The notes under the pieces: generated by a model | What the model was told of the DNA's origin: nothing | Database searches by the model: none | The model's input: only the letters and a program-made list of their open reading frames with translations | NCBI GenBank assembly: GCA_964016885.1 | Contig: OZ024740.1 | Span: 311,674,001 to 311,738,000 of the forward strand | Length of the DNA: 64,000 bases | Source of the DNA: Eledone cirrhosa | Taxonomy: Eukaryota | Direction of reading: 5' to 3' | Shown here: in pieces, positions 44,095-57,049 of the stretch | Layout: each line of letters opens with the position of its first letter | How positions within the stretch are numbered: the stretch's first letter is position 1 | Translations under genes and position numbers: made by a program

Positions 44095-46011
44095 ATGAAC
44101 GCTGCGTCTTACGATAATGGTGGTGGAGAGGCGGTAAGACTACAAAGCTCGCAGTCAACAACGTCTTCTTCACTAGATACTATAGAGATGGAAAGACGAA
44201 ATGAAAATGTAAAAACGAATTCATATCCAAACAACACAAATGACACCAAACAATTCAATGACAACACAAATAACAGCAACACCAATAATGATGATAAAGG
44301 CAACAATGATAACAACAACAAAGAAAAAAATAAAGACAACACCAATAACACCAGCATCAAAGACAACAACAACACCAAGGAAAATACGGATGATACCAAC
44401 ATCGGTGACAACAAGAATAACAACAACAATAACAACAATAATGACAACACCACCAATGCGGATTCCACAAAGAAACCAAAAATCTCCTTTGCAGAGAAAG
44501 TTCAAAAAAAGGAGGAATTGATATATCTCGACATAACAAATGCTGAACAACTTTTAAAGGACGCTAGGAGATATGTCACTTTCGAAAAAAATGGTGCTTT
44601 CAGCATCAATTCTCCGGTAGAAATTCGCAAGGAAACTGCTCTCAAAACGATAGTTTTTAGGACAGTTTCCAATTCTACCCGAAAACCAGTCCAATTGTCA
44701 CAGAAAGAAATTGAACTGGTTTTCAAAAATTCAATGAATGATATTGCATTCATTCAAAGAAGCAAACTTTTTGGGAGTATTTCGGTACTCATGAAGGATC
44801 ATTTGACGGCCCAAAATTACTCTGTGTCGCCAATTGTATCCAACCTGTACACCCTTTTCCCTACATACATGGGAAAAAGGACACAAAAGATTAGAATCAC
44901 GAGTGTCACACCAAAGGTGAACATATGGTGGATACTGTGCGGCTTCATCAATTTTGATGAAGACAGAATACTGTCAGTAGGAAAGTCCCCCAGAGATGTA
45001 TTCAATGGGACTAGCATTGAAGTTCTGGTGCAAATGAGCCCAGAGCGAATAGCTATGATCCCACAGCGTGTACTCCTGGACGGACTCACCTACATAAACT
45101 TTTCGGTTGAGGGTAGGCGGCCTTCATGTTACCATTGCTTTAGCAGGGGTCACCTGAGGGCTTCCTGTCCTAAATTAATGAATCAAAAAAAGGTTCTTCT
45201 GCCGACACCCATCAAAACCACACAACCACCAACACCACCACAACAACAACAACACCAACACACAAAAATAACCACAACAAACACAGTCCCACCCAACCCC
45301 ACTCCACCTAAAACCACTGCAAAATCACATACAGACACAACAGCTCCCCAAGACATACCCCTCCCCAATCACACAGACGATACAACAGATGAGGCTATCT
45401 CGCCATCACCCAGTGAAGACGAGGGAGAACCCCATCGCTCGAAAAGAAAGAAAAGACATCACAAAAGCAAAAAACCAGCAAACACTATCACAAACATACA
45501 ACCACCAACACAAACAACAAAAACATCACAAACAAAACTCCCACCTCCTGAAAACAAAATACCTACAACAAAACGAAAGCACACACAAGAACTACAGACA
45601 AAAACAAACACAACACAAGAAAATTACACTTACACTTACATAAACACTGAAAACAAAACACTAATGGAGACCATCACGAACGACCCTTCGGTGAAAACCG
45701 AAGGGAAAACTTTCGCCCACTCTATTAAAAATAGCAAAAAACTGAACCTAAAACTGATTAGGGTCCCTATACAAACTTAAAGGTCCCTAAAAGAAACATT
45801 TGAGAAGGATGTGGGGAATTCCTGCGTGAAACCACTCAACCGCGTCCTTCTCAAATGTCTCCCCACCCCAGAAACCCCCATCCCACCAGACCCCACCCCA
45901 CCAAACATCTCCGTCCCCACCCCGCCGGAAACCACCACCCATCGAGACAACCCCTCCAACACCCCCATGGAAATCGTGCGGCCTGGTCCCCAGGAGACGA
46001 AGGGTGAGTGA
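44095..46011 (+). CDS. LINE ORF1 (gag-like, CCHC knuckle), premature TAA at 45778-45780
   Basis: ISFAEKV motif and CYHCFSRGHLRASC. ORF 45811-46011 is in the same frame after the stop. Confidence 0.85.
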
Positions 46012-46044
46012 TCTCTTTTCCTCTTTTAACTTTTCAGCACCAAC

Positions 46045-49000
46045 ATGGCCAATATAAGAGTTGGATGTGTGAAGGTACGCGGCCTGGGGATGCCCTGGAA
46101 ACAGGGCAAACTCTTAAACGACCTCAGGTGGCACAGTATGGATGTGGTAGCCATTTGCGAGTCCAGGATCCACACCGAGCGACAGCTGGCCCCCATCTTC
46201 GATGACTTTGAGATCTACGCATCTCTCTGTCAACCGGGGGGTGGGGGCGGAGTTGCCGTTTTGTTGCGGAAACACCTGGGCCTCGTAACACAGACGGTAC
46301 ATCTGGACCCGGAGGGTCGACTGGTGGTCCTAGACGTTGACGGTAGTGAAGGTGGAGCCTTCAGGCTGGTGGCCGCATATGCCCCATCCGGGACACCGCG
46401 GCCAGACTTCTTCAAACGTCTAGAGACTTTTCTAGGAACGTCCCGCTCCTTGCTTTTAGTGGGGGACTGGAATGGAATCCTAGATGCACGTTGGGACTAT
46501 GTGGGAGCATGTCCCAATAAAGGAGGGTGTAACAGCCTCAAACAGTTAATCGACCGATTTGACCTGGCCGATAGATATCGACTAGATTTTCCGACTGCGC
46601 CACTGTGGACGTGGAGTAATCGTAGCGGAACATCTAGATCGTACCTAGATAGAGTTCTAGTTAGAAATAAAGATAGGGACATGTTAAGCTGTCCACAAAT
46701 GTTCATGGTTGCCTATTCAGATCACAAACTAGTGACCTGCATGGTCAACCTTGATAGAACCCATAGACAAGGACCCGGCTACTGGAAGCTGAACTTGTCG
46801 TTACCGACAAGCAAAGCCTACAGTAGACGGATTAGCACTTTAGTTAAACAGCACTTGACAGGGGCCATTGTCAACAACAGATGGTGGTACTCTCTCAAGA
46901 GGGCAGTTAGATTAGACTCGATAGTTTTTAGTAAAGAATTAGCGTTAGATAGAAATAGAACCGAGAAGGAACTGGTAGATAAAGTAGAAGAGGCAATTAG
47001 AAGTGGCAACGTAGACAGCGTGCTAGCAACGAGAACGGCCTTGGACCAGTTCTTCGACGCAAAGCACGAGGGCTGCGTTGTCAGAAGCAAAATATGTGCT
47101 CTGGGAAACGAGGGAGCCAAAGCTGTTAGCTGGGCCCGAGTGGCGGAGGCAAAAAGTGGCAACAAGTCCACGATTTGGTCTTTGAAGGACCAAAACGGAC
47201 GCGTGATACGTGAGCCGAAGCAGATGTGTGCGGCTTTTCAGCGGCACTTTGCTCAGCTGTTCGGGGGGGGGGCGCCGGGAGAGGCTATGGATTTCGGTCC
47301 ATACCTCGACGGCCTACCGCGACTCTCGGACATCGAGGCAAAGTTCTGCGAAAAGCCGATTTCAGTCACTGAGATAGGGGACGCGCTGAGCCAATGCGGC
47401 AAACGCAAATCTCCAGGTCTCGACGGTCTACCCTACGAATTTTACGTAGCAATGCCGGACTTATTCTCCGGTCTCCTGGAAGTGGTCTACTGCAACTGGC
47501 AACAGAACGGGAGAATTCCCAGTTCTGTAACCGGGGGCGTGGTCACACTAATCAGGAAGGACGAGAATAAGGGGGATGACATAGGCAACTTCCGGCCCAT
47601 AACTCTGCTAAACACAGAGTTACAGATTTTGGCCAAGGTGTTGGCAAAGAGGCTGGCGCTTGTCGTCGAGAACCTGGTGGGAGAAGCGCAGACATGCGCA
47701 ATCCCGACCAGGTCCATACACGACAAGCTCCACCTCATGCGATACATCATAGAGAGGGTAGGGTGTAAACCCGGCTTCGGTGGGGCCCTGATCAACTTGG
47801 ATCAGTCTAAGGCTTTCGATAGGGTTGACCATCGTTACCTGGATGCGGTGCTCGAGGCGGCAGGCTTCGGACCCGTGTTCAGGGGCTGGATTGCTGCAAT
47901 GCACAACATCAACATCTGCTCAAGGGTCAAGGTAAACGGCTACCTCTCGGAGCTGTTCCATATTACGCGATCCATTCGACAGGGATGCCCTCTCTCCTCC
48001 CTTCTGTACGTACTGACTCTCGAGCCACTACTGCGGAAGTTGGAGCTATTGCAGAGCATCCCTCTGGAACCGGGACTGCGGAAAGCGGCGTTGGCCTACG
48101 CCGACGACGTGACAGTAATGGTGTCGAGCGCCTCGCAAATCGAGGAAGTCGCCACCTTACTGAAGGAATACGAAAGTTTCATAGGAGCGAAGCTGAATCG
48201 GGACAAGTCCATCGGTTTGCAACTCGGATCGTGGAGAGGCAAACCGATGCCTTCCGATGGCGTCGTCGGACGCTGGACGGAAGGACCGGTAAAGCTGCTC
48301 GGGATCTGGTTCGGTCCGGATCTCCAGGTGGAGAAGAACTGGAACGAAGTGACGGCCAAGGTGTTTGCACTCACCCAGAAGTGGGCCGAATGCAAACTAT
48401 CCTTGAAAGGTCGAGCGGAGGTGGCGAACACTTTTATAGCGTCCGCCATCTACTACCGCTTGACCGTCGTGCCTTGTCCAGCCAAAACGCTCGCCAAAAT
48501 GGAACGCGTGCTCTTCCGATTCCTTTGGAAGAGGCGAGCTCCTTTGGTGAGAAGATCGATCTGCTGCCAACACCCTTCTAACGGAGGGCTGGGGATGCCG
48601 TGGTTGACGATGCGCAAACACGCGCTCAGGCTGCGGCATCTCTACGTATTCCTCACCGGACAACCGGTGTGGGCCCCGTTCGTGAGGCGAGCCTTCCCAC
48701 GACTCGTCTCGCTGACCGAGCTGCAGTCCTGGGTCAAGCAAAGACCGAGGAAAATGGGCGACTGGCACATCGAATGTGCTCAGGCGCTCACAGCCCTCTG
48801 GCAGGCGGACCCGGCGATCAGTGGAGACTCCACTTCGTCATTCTATAGAGGGTTGATCCGCAGCAAGTGCGACGACGCGCTCGGTGAAACTCTAGGCGTA
48901 GATGAAGATGAACTGGCCAGTCTGTTCGGTAGGACCTTCCGCCCGGGACTGATGGACAACTTCCAAAAGTCCCTGGCCTGGCAGTGCTACCGAGGAGCTC

Positions 49001-49479
49001 TACCAGTTCGAGACAAGCTCTACAGACATGGGCGCCCAGGCAAGGACCCTGCAAAAAAGATCTGTCCGAGGTGCGTGCGAGACGAAGAAACCGTCGCGCA
49101 CGCATTCATACACTGCCCGGGCGTCACTGACCTGTGGGGCTATGTAGAACGACTATTGTCGCGGGTGGGACCAATCCAGTTGACCACCGAGTCCATTGTC
49201 ATGATCAAACCGCCACCCTCCTTCAAAAACGAAGGAGAGGCGGTTTTCCTTTGTGTGATAGCTATGGCGAAAGAGGTTGTATGGTGGACAAGGTTGAAAG
49301 GGCTGAGGTCAGACACCTTTCTCTCCGGCTAACAACTGATTCTTTTTTTCAAATACCACTTTGGAAGAAGAATCAGGATGGAGAGAGAGGTGCTGTACCA
49401 CAGCAAGTTTTATGAAAGGTGGGTGAAAGTGGCGATAATGGCCCGAGTGAATGGGCCTTCTCTCTATATCAGCCTGTAG
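46045..49479 (+). CDS. LINE ORF2: APE endonuclease + RT + zinc motif, premature TAA at 49330-49332
   Basis: GDWN, YLDR, SDH; KSPGLDG, FRPITLLN, DQSKAFD, RQGCPLS, YADD. Sister copies have CAA at the stop and continue to YISL. Confidence 0.95.
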
Positions 49480-49799
49480 GTTGAGGAAAAGGAGAAGGAG
49501 AGGAAAGAAGTACAAACTCTTCGTACTCCTGGAGATGAGGGTTGCACATTTTTTTTCGGTGGTATGTGTTACCCATATGTAATGTCTCCCCCTATTGGGG
49601 AAAATCGACTAATTTTTAAATTGCATTTGTGATAATATTTTACACGTTTTTATTGTATGTAAATTTCCCCCTTTGTATTTGTCCCCTTCTTTTGTGCCCC
49701 TGTGACTAATAAAGAAACATATCTATCTATTTATCTCTATAAGTGCATGTATGTGTGAATGTGTGTGCATATATATATACATATATATATTTATATAGC

Positions 49800-49827
<28 letters not shown>

Positions 49828-49833
<6 letters not shown>

Positions 49834-50874
49834 TTAGAAACACACAGATACATGCGGACACAGACATATATACATGAATGCATCCGCACCCAACTGTGAG
49901 TTAAGGGTGCCAACCTCACCGATGTTGCTCAATGAATGACCGGGACAAACCAATTCAGTTGAACTAGACTGAACCAGTATCAGAGTTAAAAATACCTTAT
50001 GAAGAGAGAAGAAACATTTAGATATAATTAGTAATAAAATGTATCATACCTAAATTGCTCCTAAATTCCTCGACTACGTAGCTTCGTGGCATAAACAAAA
50101 ACAATATATCATAAAGATATAGAGTCCCTGCGAGGTCTGCCGACTTATCAAGAGGATACCTCATTTTACTAGTCTCAAGAACGCGTCTACACGACGTGAG
50201 AAAGAATCCCAAAAGGCGGAGGGGGAGATAGTCACGCGATATAACGGTCGAGAAACAGAGCTAAGCCTCTTATAACCACGAAGAAAATACCACGGAGGCG
50301 GAGGGGGCATTCATATCGAGGCCGCAGAAGAGGTGGTGAAGAAGGCTAGAAGTATGAGTAATGGAAGCTTTCCAGTTGTCCCCACACTTCAAAGATTGCT
50401 CGACCAGAGGGAGTTATTAACAATATATTTAGAAACACACAGATACATGCGGACACAGACATATATACATGAATGCATCCGCACCCAACTGTGAGTTAAG
50501 GGTGCCAACCTCACCGATGTTGCTCAATGAATGACCGGGACAGACCAATTCAGTTGAACTAGACTGAACCAGTATCAGAGTTAAAAATACATTATGAAGA
50601 GAGAAGAAACATTTAGATATAATTAGTAATAAAATGTATCATACCTAAATTGCTCCTAAATTCCTCGACTACGTAGCTTCGTGGCATAAACAAAAACAAT
50701 ATAACATAAAGATATAGAGTCCCTGCGAGGTCTGCCGACTTATCTAGAGGATACCTCATTTTACTAGTCTCAAGAACGCGTCTACACGACGTGAGAAAGA
50801 ATCCCAAAAGGCGGAGGGGGAGATAGTCACGCGATATAACGGTCGAGAAACAGAGCTAAGCCTCTTATAACCAC
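49828..50874. mobile_element. Unclassified element: ~450-bp direct repeats (49828-50279, 50422-50874) around a ~140-bp spacer
   Basis: Near-identical repeats (ORFs at 50018 and 50613 differ by one residue), non-coding. Confidence 0.8.
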
Positions 50875-50946
50875 ATCTATTTATCTCTATACGTGGATGT
50901 ATGTGTGAATGTGTGTTCATATATATATACATATATATTTATATAG

Positions 50947-51000
<54 letters not shown>

Positions 51001-51071
51001 CTATATAAATATATATGTATATATATATGAACACACATTCACACATACATCCACGTATAGAGATAAATAGA

Positions 51072-51203
51072 TATATTTCTTTATTAGCCACAAGGGCGCA
51101 CAAGAAAAGGGGACAATACAAAGACATGCCGGGGATTTTACATACAGTCGTGTAACAAATATAAAAACAAACAATTACAACAATCGAAATCCCCAATAGG
51201 GGA
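51072..51203 (-). mobile_element. Short Tx1-like 3' UTR fragment
   Basis: Minus strand: CCCCTATTGGGG...TTGTCCCCTTTTCTTGTGCGCCCTTGTGGCTAATAAAGAAAT. Confidence 0.75.
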
Positions 51204-51522
51204 TGATAGATAGATATATAGATAGTTAAGGAAAGAGTTTATAAATTTCAGTAAGTTTAGAAATAGTAAACGCGATTTTTTCAATTAAGTATTTTATTAC
51301 CTTTGATATCAGAACCTCACTAGTTTCCTCGGGTTGCAGATGTTACCTTTATGGTATAAAGAGAGCACATATGATGGAGTGAATAGTGTATTAGTTGACT
51401 AGATTACTGGTACTTAAGAGCCTACGAGTGAGCCGCTACACAAATGCATGACTTGGGAGAAATAGCAGGTATCTCTCTCTTAAATCACGTTACCAACTTA
51501 AAAGTAAGAGGAAATACTAAAT

Positions 51523-52129
51523 CAGAGGTTCTCGAACTTTTTGGGCTAACGCCCCCTCACAGCCACGTAATAACCCCTCCCCCCACACCCCCATTCTCAG
51601 AGAGACCTGCCTATACGCAAATTGTAAATAATATATATTAAATAAAATCATTAATTGATCTATATACTACTAAAACCCTGTGATTGCTTGCGTGCTTGTT
51701 TGTAATGTAATACAGCCAAAAGGGCGGATAATGGGAAAATACTTTGAAAAGAAGTTGACCTTGAAATGGGAATACAAATGGAATAAAATAAGTTTCGCGT
51801 AAATCGGACCACCGGTTCCCAAGATATGAGGTTTTTCCGGGTATCTTCATAAACAGAGAGAGAGAGAAGGATAGAGAGAAAGAGATAGTAGTTGTGAGAG
51901 AGTAGATTGGCAGAGACATAGAGAGAGGGAGAGGTGACAAAGAAGGAGAATGAAAGAGAGGGAGCTGATGGTGTTGTTATGTATATATATATATGTGAGT
52001 GTGTGTGTGTATTGTGTATGTGTCTATGACCAGTGTATATAGATCACAGACACCCACATGTATATATATACACACACACATATATATGTATATACATACA
52101 CACATTTATATATATATACATACACTCAA

Positions 52130-52189
<60 letters not shown>

Positions 52190-52733
52190 ATAATAATAAA
52201 ATTGAAGACTAAAATCCAAAGAGGGCTCGATAAGGAAAATATATATCAAATATATAAGAACCGTAGAGCAAATGTTCTTAACTCTGTAGCGGAGATTCAT
52301 TTGGTCTCCTAGTTAGAATTTTAGTCTACGATTTCTGCTATACCATTTACGTGGTTTTGTCTTTGCGTGCTATTGTTCTCCACGCTCCACATATGACTTA
52401 TTATCTTCGTTTTTTCGTTCATTGCCAGAGAACGTCTCTATGCACCACCTAAGAGAACATTAGTCTACGACCTCTTTTATACCATAAACGTGGTTTTGTC
52501 TTTGCGCGTAATTGTTTTTCACCGCTCCTATTAATGACGTATTATTCGTTTTTTCCCGTTCTTTGCCAGCGAACGTTACCACGAACCAAAGTATCGTCTT
52601 CCTGTCTTCCTCCGGTTGCAACGTTTTTTGAAATATCCAGTTCTGCGTTTACAGATTGACTTTGTTAGTTTCAGAAGATCCCGTTAAGGGTGAAAGCAGC
52701 GATTCTTTGCTTAAACTTTAATCTGTTATTTTA

Positions 52734-52769
<36 letters not shown>

Positions 52770-53107
52770 GCCTTCCAGTTTCATTTCACATTATATACAT
52801 GCCTGTGTATATTCTAATTATTTAAAAATTATTACTAAATGAACATGATTTAAAAAAAATATTTTGAAGTTAACGTGACCCAACGGGTCACGGGTGGTCT
52901 AGTATATAATAAATATAGCATATCCTATGTATAAATAAATATTATATACTTTTTATTTTACTATATATATATATGTATCATTTGATATTTAATATACTAT
53001 TATATCATCTCTACCAACCCCACCGCCCCCTTAGGCCCCAGTGCTCTCTGGAATTTCTGAAGTCCCCGTAGGGGGGGGGGGGGGGGGCTGTGGCGCCCAC
53101 TTCTCAG
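51523..53107. mobile_element. Second copy of the 13790 hAT family, with a nested Helitron
   Basis: CAGAGGTTCTC start and shared AGAGACCTGCC..ACGCAAATTGTAAAT and TCATTTGATATTTAATATAC segments. The right TIR is damaged. Confidence 0.7.
51659..52902 (+). mobile_element. Non-autonomous Helitron containing a PLE pseudo-LTR (52186-52740)
   Basis: A|TC start, CGTGACCC aac GGGTCACG hairpin then CTAG|T. Confidence 0.8.
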
Positions 53108-54364
53108 TTAAGGTTGGCGTAGGACTACACAACAGTTATAACAACTGGTATTTGAAAATGTGAGCGTCCCAATGTAATACATTAACTGAAAATATCACTT
53201 GATCACTATAAATAATAGTTGAGAAAATCGGGTAAAATACCACAGAGAAGGTAAAAGGACGCAGAAGCGCCCGAGATGAAACGAACATCGCATCTTTCGA
53301 ATGTTGTGCGAGTACATTGCGGTTCTGTCCACTTTTTTCGCCTCTATGGGTATTTTACTCGATTTTCTCAACACACATGCATACATACATACAAGGGTTA
53401 TTCAAACTATATATATATATATATATACAAAATTAATTAAATTAAATTAAATTAAGGGAGTCATGTCCGAGACATGCACCATATCCACCGTAGAATAAGC
53501 TCAAAGATTCCAATGAATAGATCCGAGCATTTTATATCAACTAGAAATTGATTGACATATATATATATATTTAAAATAAACACATGAAACAATCACAGGG
53601 CATAATTTGTAAAGTGTGTAATCACACATAGCTAGGTAGGTAACTAATTAAAGTTTAACTAGAGCTTGTTATACTCAGCTCTATCCTGTAATAACCATAA
53701 TTTGCTTGTGTATGGCTTGCACTTATGTAATACCCACCTATATGCCTGTGGATCACCCATTGACTACGTAATTCGGGTACCTACCAGTATACCTCGTGTA
53801 TTATAACATGGCGGGGATTCTGATTACTGTGGTCTTTCTGGATGTACCGCAAGGACCTCCTAATGCTTATATAATTATAAGTTACGGGGATACTATTCAC
53901 TCGTTTTAGTAGGGACCAGCGCTTAAATTCCTCTGGCTTCTTTATGTGCTTATAACATTTTTCTTCTTTCTTTTTTTTCTTCTTTGTGTTTTTATTTCTT
54001 TTTTTTTAAACTTTAAAAAAATTTTTTAAAACTTTTTTAACTTTTTACCTTTTTACTTTTTATCTCTTTATATTATCTTCCTTTTATTTATTTATTTTTT
54101 TTATTTTTTATTTTTTTATTTTACTATTATTTTTTTTTATTATGTTTTAACCATTGCCTGTATCTTTTGCTTTTGCTTTTGTGTGCCATCAATTATATCT
54201 ACATCTTGTGGAATCCGCTTGTGCCCTGGCATTTAGTTCTGGTGCTTAACAACCCCAACATAAACCCCCTCCTTGTTCGCCATCTCCGATCTCCCTATAT
54301 TTACCCTCTTTTGCATTCCGATTGTTCGCGTGACCAGGCTATGTAGAGCTTATACTCAGCACTG

Positions 54365-54432
54365 TGTTTATTAAGCTCTGAGGATTCCTACCAAACGGTA
54401 TGGATGAAACAAACATTGTAAGCAAATAAAAA
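54365..54432 (+). ncRNA. Hammerhead motif
   Basis: TTTATT aa GCT-CTGAGGA-TTCCTACC aaac GGTATGGAT-GAAACAA aca TTGTA-AGC a AATAAA. Confidence 0.75.
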
Positions 54433-54462
54433 CTGTTTGAGTATGTAAGCGTTCTTTGGTTT

Positions 54463-54542
<80 letters not shown>

Positions 54543-54861
54543 TGTATATATGTATATATGCATGTGTATATGGACATTAAAGATATGCAAGGACCAAGTA
54601 TTGGTGTTAAATCAGGCAATGGGTTAAATTATCACTTATGTAGGGTCCAATGCAAAGAGTCGGAACAAATAGTACAGAACACTTCCGCCAATCAACAACT
54701 CTGGAATTTTATTAGATAGATGGACAGTGAGATTGACAGACAGATCTAGATAAAAAGATACATAGACAGAAACTTAGCTAGATAGACAGTTAGGTAAGTA
54801 GATAATAAGATTGATAGAGATATGTTTTTATTGTCTTAAGATATATATATATATATATATA

Positions 54862-55280
54862 AGCAAAGAGATAAATATCTCTTTGGTTATTCAACAAATT
54901 TATTTATAACAGATTCGAAGCACTCTACAAGTTTTCTAGATATTAATAAATGGAAACTATATTTATAAAACCATATTTATTTTATTATATATATTTCAAG
55001 GGTACCAACAATTTGGTACGCTCTCATCAGATAAAATAGAAAATTTGTTTTATAAATGGTGACATACCCAAGAAACCAGACCTTATCGTTTGAGGTTCAG
55101 TTTGACTATCCAAACTGAACCTGAAACGATAAGGTCTGGTTTCTTGGGTATGTCACCATTTATAAAACAAATTTTCTATTTTATCTGATGAGAGCGTACC
55201 AAAATTCTGGTACCCTTGAAATATATATAATAAAATAAATATGGTTTTATAAATACTGTTTCCATTTATTAATATCATTG
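54862..55280 (-). mobile_element. Fold-back pseudo-LTR element with an HHR in each arm (54978-55037 -, 55177-55237 +)
   Basis: Arms 54939-55104 and 55111-55276. TATTTTAT-CTGATGA-GAGCGTACC..GGTACCCTT-GAAA-TATATATA-ATAAAATA. Confidence 0.85.
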
Positions 55281-55350
55281 ATATATCTATCTCTATATAT
55301 ATATATATATTTCAAAATATTAACAAAATAGATATTCCTGTGATCAAGTA

Positions 55351-55397
55351 TATTTTATTATACATATTTCAACAGTACGTCCTCATCAGATAAAATA
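55351..55397 (-). ncRNA. Hammerhead motif with shortened stem II
   Basis: Minus strand: TATTTTAT-CTGATGA-GGACGTACTGTT-GAAA-TATGTATA-ATAAAATA. Confidence 0.55.
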
Positions 55398-55668
55398 AGA
55401 TGATGCATGACATACCCTGACATAGTAGATGGTTAAGATTCAGTCATGGTAGTGAGTAATATATGACAAAACTCAATATTTATAGCCTAATATTGAGAAC
55501 ACGAGAAAAATATATAATACAAACAATAGAGAGGGTGCGTGTAATACAGCTTAAAAAATACATGGCATCAATATAACAGTTAAATTAATTTTTTTTTTTT
55601 AAACTACTGAAGAAAGAGGAAAGAAAGGAAAGCATAGAACCTTGTTTAACCTTTAAATATATATATAT

Positions 55669-55778
<110 letters not shown>

Positions 55779-57049
55779 GTGGTTTTGTCTTTGCGTGGAA
55801 TTGTTCTCCCCGCTCCACATATGACGTATTATCTTCGTTTTTTCCGTTCATTGCCAGAGAACGTCTCTATGAACCACCTAATAGAATATTAGTCTACGAC
55901 TTCTTTTATACCATAAACATGGTTTTGTCTTTGCGTGTAATTGTTTTTCGCTGCTCCAAATAATTGTTTCTACTTTAGGCACAAGGCCAGCAATTACCCA
56001 GTACATTACTGGTACTTTCGTTTTTTCCCATTCTTTGCCAGGGAACGTTTCCACGAACCAAAGTATTGTCTTCCTGTCTTCCTCCGGTTGCAACGTTTTT
56101 TGAAATATTCACTTCTGCGTTCACAGATTGACTTTGTTAGTTTCAGAAGATCCTGTTAAGAGTGAAAGCAGCGATTCTTTGCTTAAACTTTAATCTGTTA
56201 TTTTAATAAATATATATATATATAACTAAAGATAGCAGCAGTTGACCAATGACCTGCTTGTCAACACTATGATAGAGAAAGAGAGCGAGAGAAAGAGAGA
56301 AAGATAGGTAGGTAAGAAGGAAGATATCAAACTATCATTTCCCTGTCAAAGTGTTCTTATAATGATGTGTGTGCACGTTTAGCTACCAATAACTGGATCT
56401 CTGTCTATGAAGCCTATCTAAGTCAACTATGTAGTCGACTACTTTGAACTGTGGGCACCTATGCCAGCCACATCTACTTCCCTACACAATACCCTATCTA
56501 GATACAGTCTAAATGACTCAATGCAATTTAACCATGAAATTCAGTCTGTAATTGCACATGAAATTCAGTCTGTACTTGCCAGGTAGTTGGAAATATCTGA
56601 GCCAATTTGCGAAGCTTTTACACTCTCTTCCCTATCTTCTAGCCCCACTCAGTCCTAGCGTGCATCTACGAAAACCGTTCCAGTCGATCACTAACACCAA
56701 AAGTAGGACGTTCTTAGAAAGGTCTCCAGGAGTCTGAAGATGTCTGGTCCTCCTCTCCCTGGGGTCGTTGAGCAGGTGACTCTGCTTCCAAGACGATCCA
56801 AGGTCACGTACATTTACGCTTCCTAAGAGGAAAAGTGAAAAAGACCACTATCTTTCAGAGATAGACTCTCGGAACTCTCTGATTGCATTGGGGAATTTCA
56901 GTTTTAAATTTGTGTAAGTTTGTTGCGTGATTTGTATGATCATTATGTGTTTTGGTATAGTTATTGCTGGTGTGGTGTTGTTATTTCCTCTAATGCTTGT
57001 GTGTTGGTCTATGTGATACATTAAATTTTCGTGTTTATGGTTGTTGGTG

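Larger units (their letters stand above)
43877..49716 (+). mobile_element. Tx1-clade LINE, full-length copy
   Basis: 5' UTR starting CAGACGTG, ORF1, ORF2 and an AATAAAGAAA 3' end running into ATCTATCTAT. Confidence 0.92.
41308..51324. repeat. ~115-bp inverted repeats (41308-41420 and 51205-51324) bracketing the Tx1 cluster
   Basis: ACTAGTGAGG...CCTTAACTATC is matched by its reverse complement 10 kb away. Confidence 0.85.

Noticed and set aside
46045-49479. GC- and CpG-rich ORF2 in an AT-rich genome as horizontal transfer
   Set aside because: Older diverged relatives are present in the window (8643-9446), and base composition alone is not evidence.
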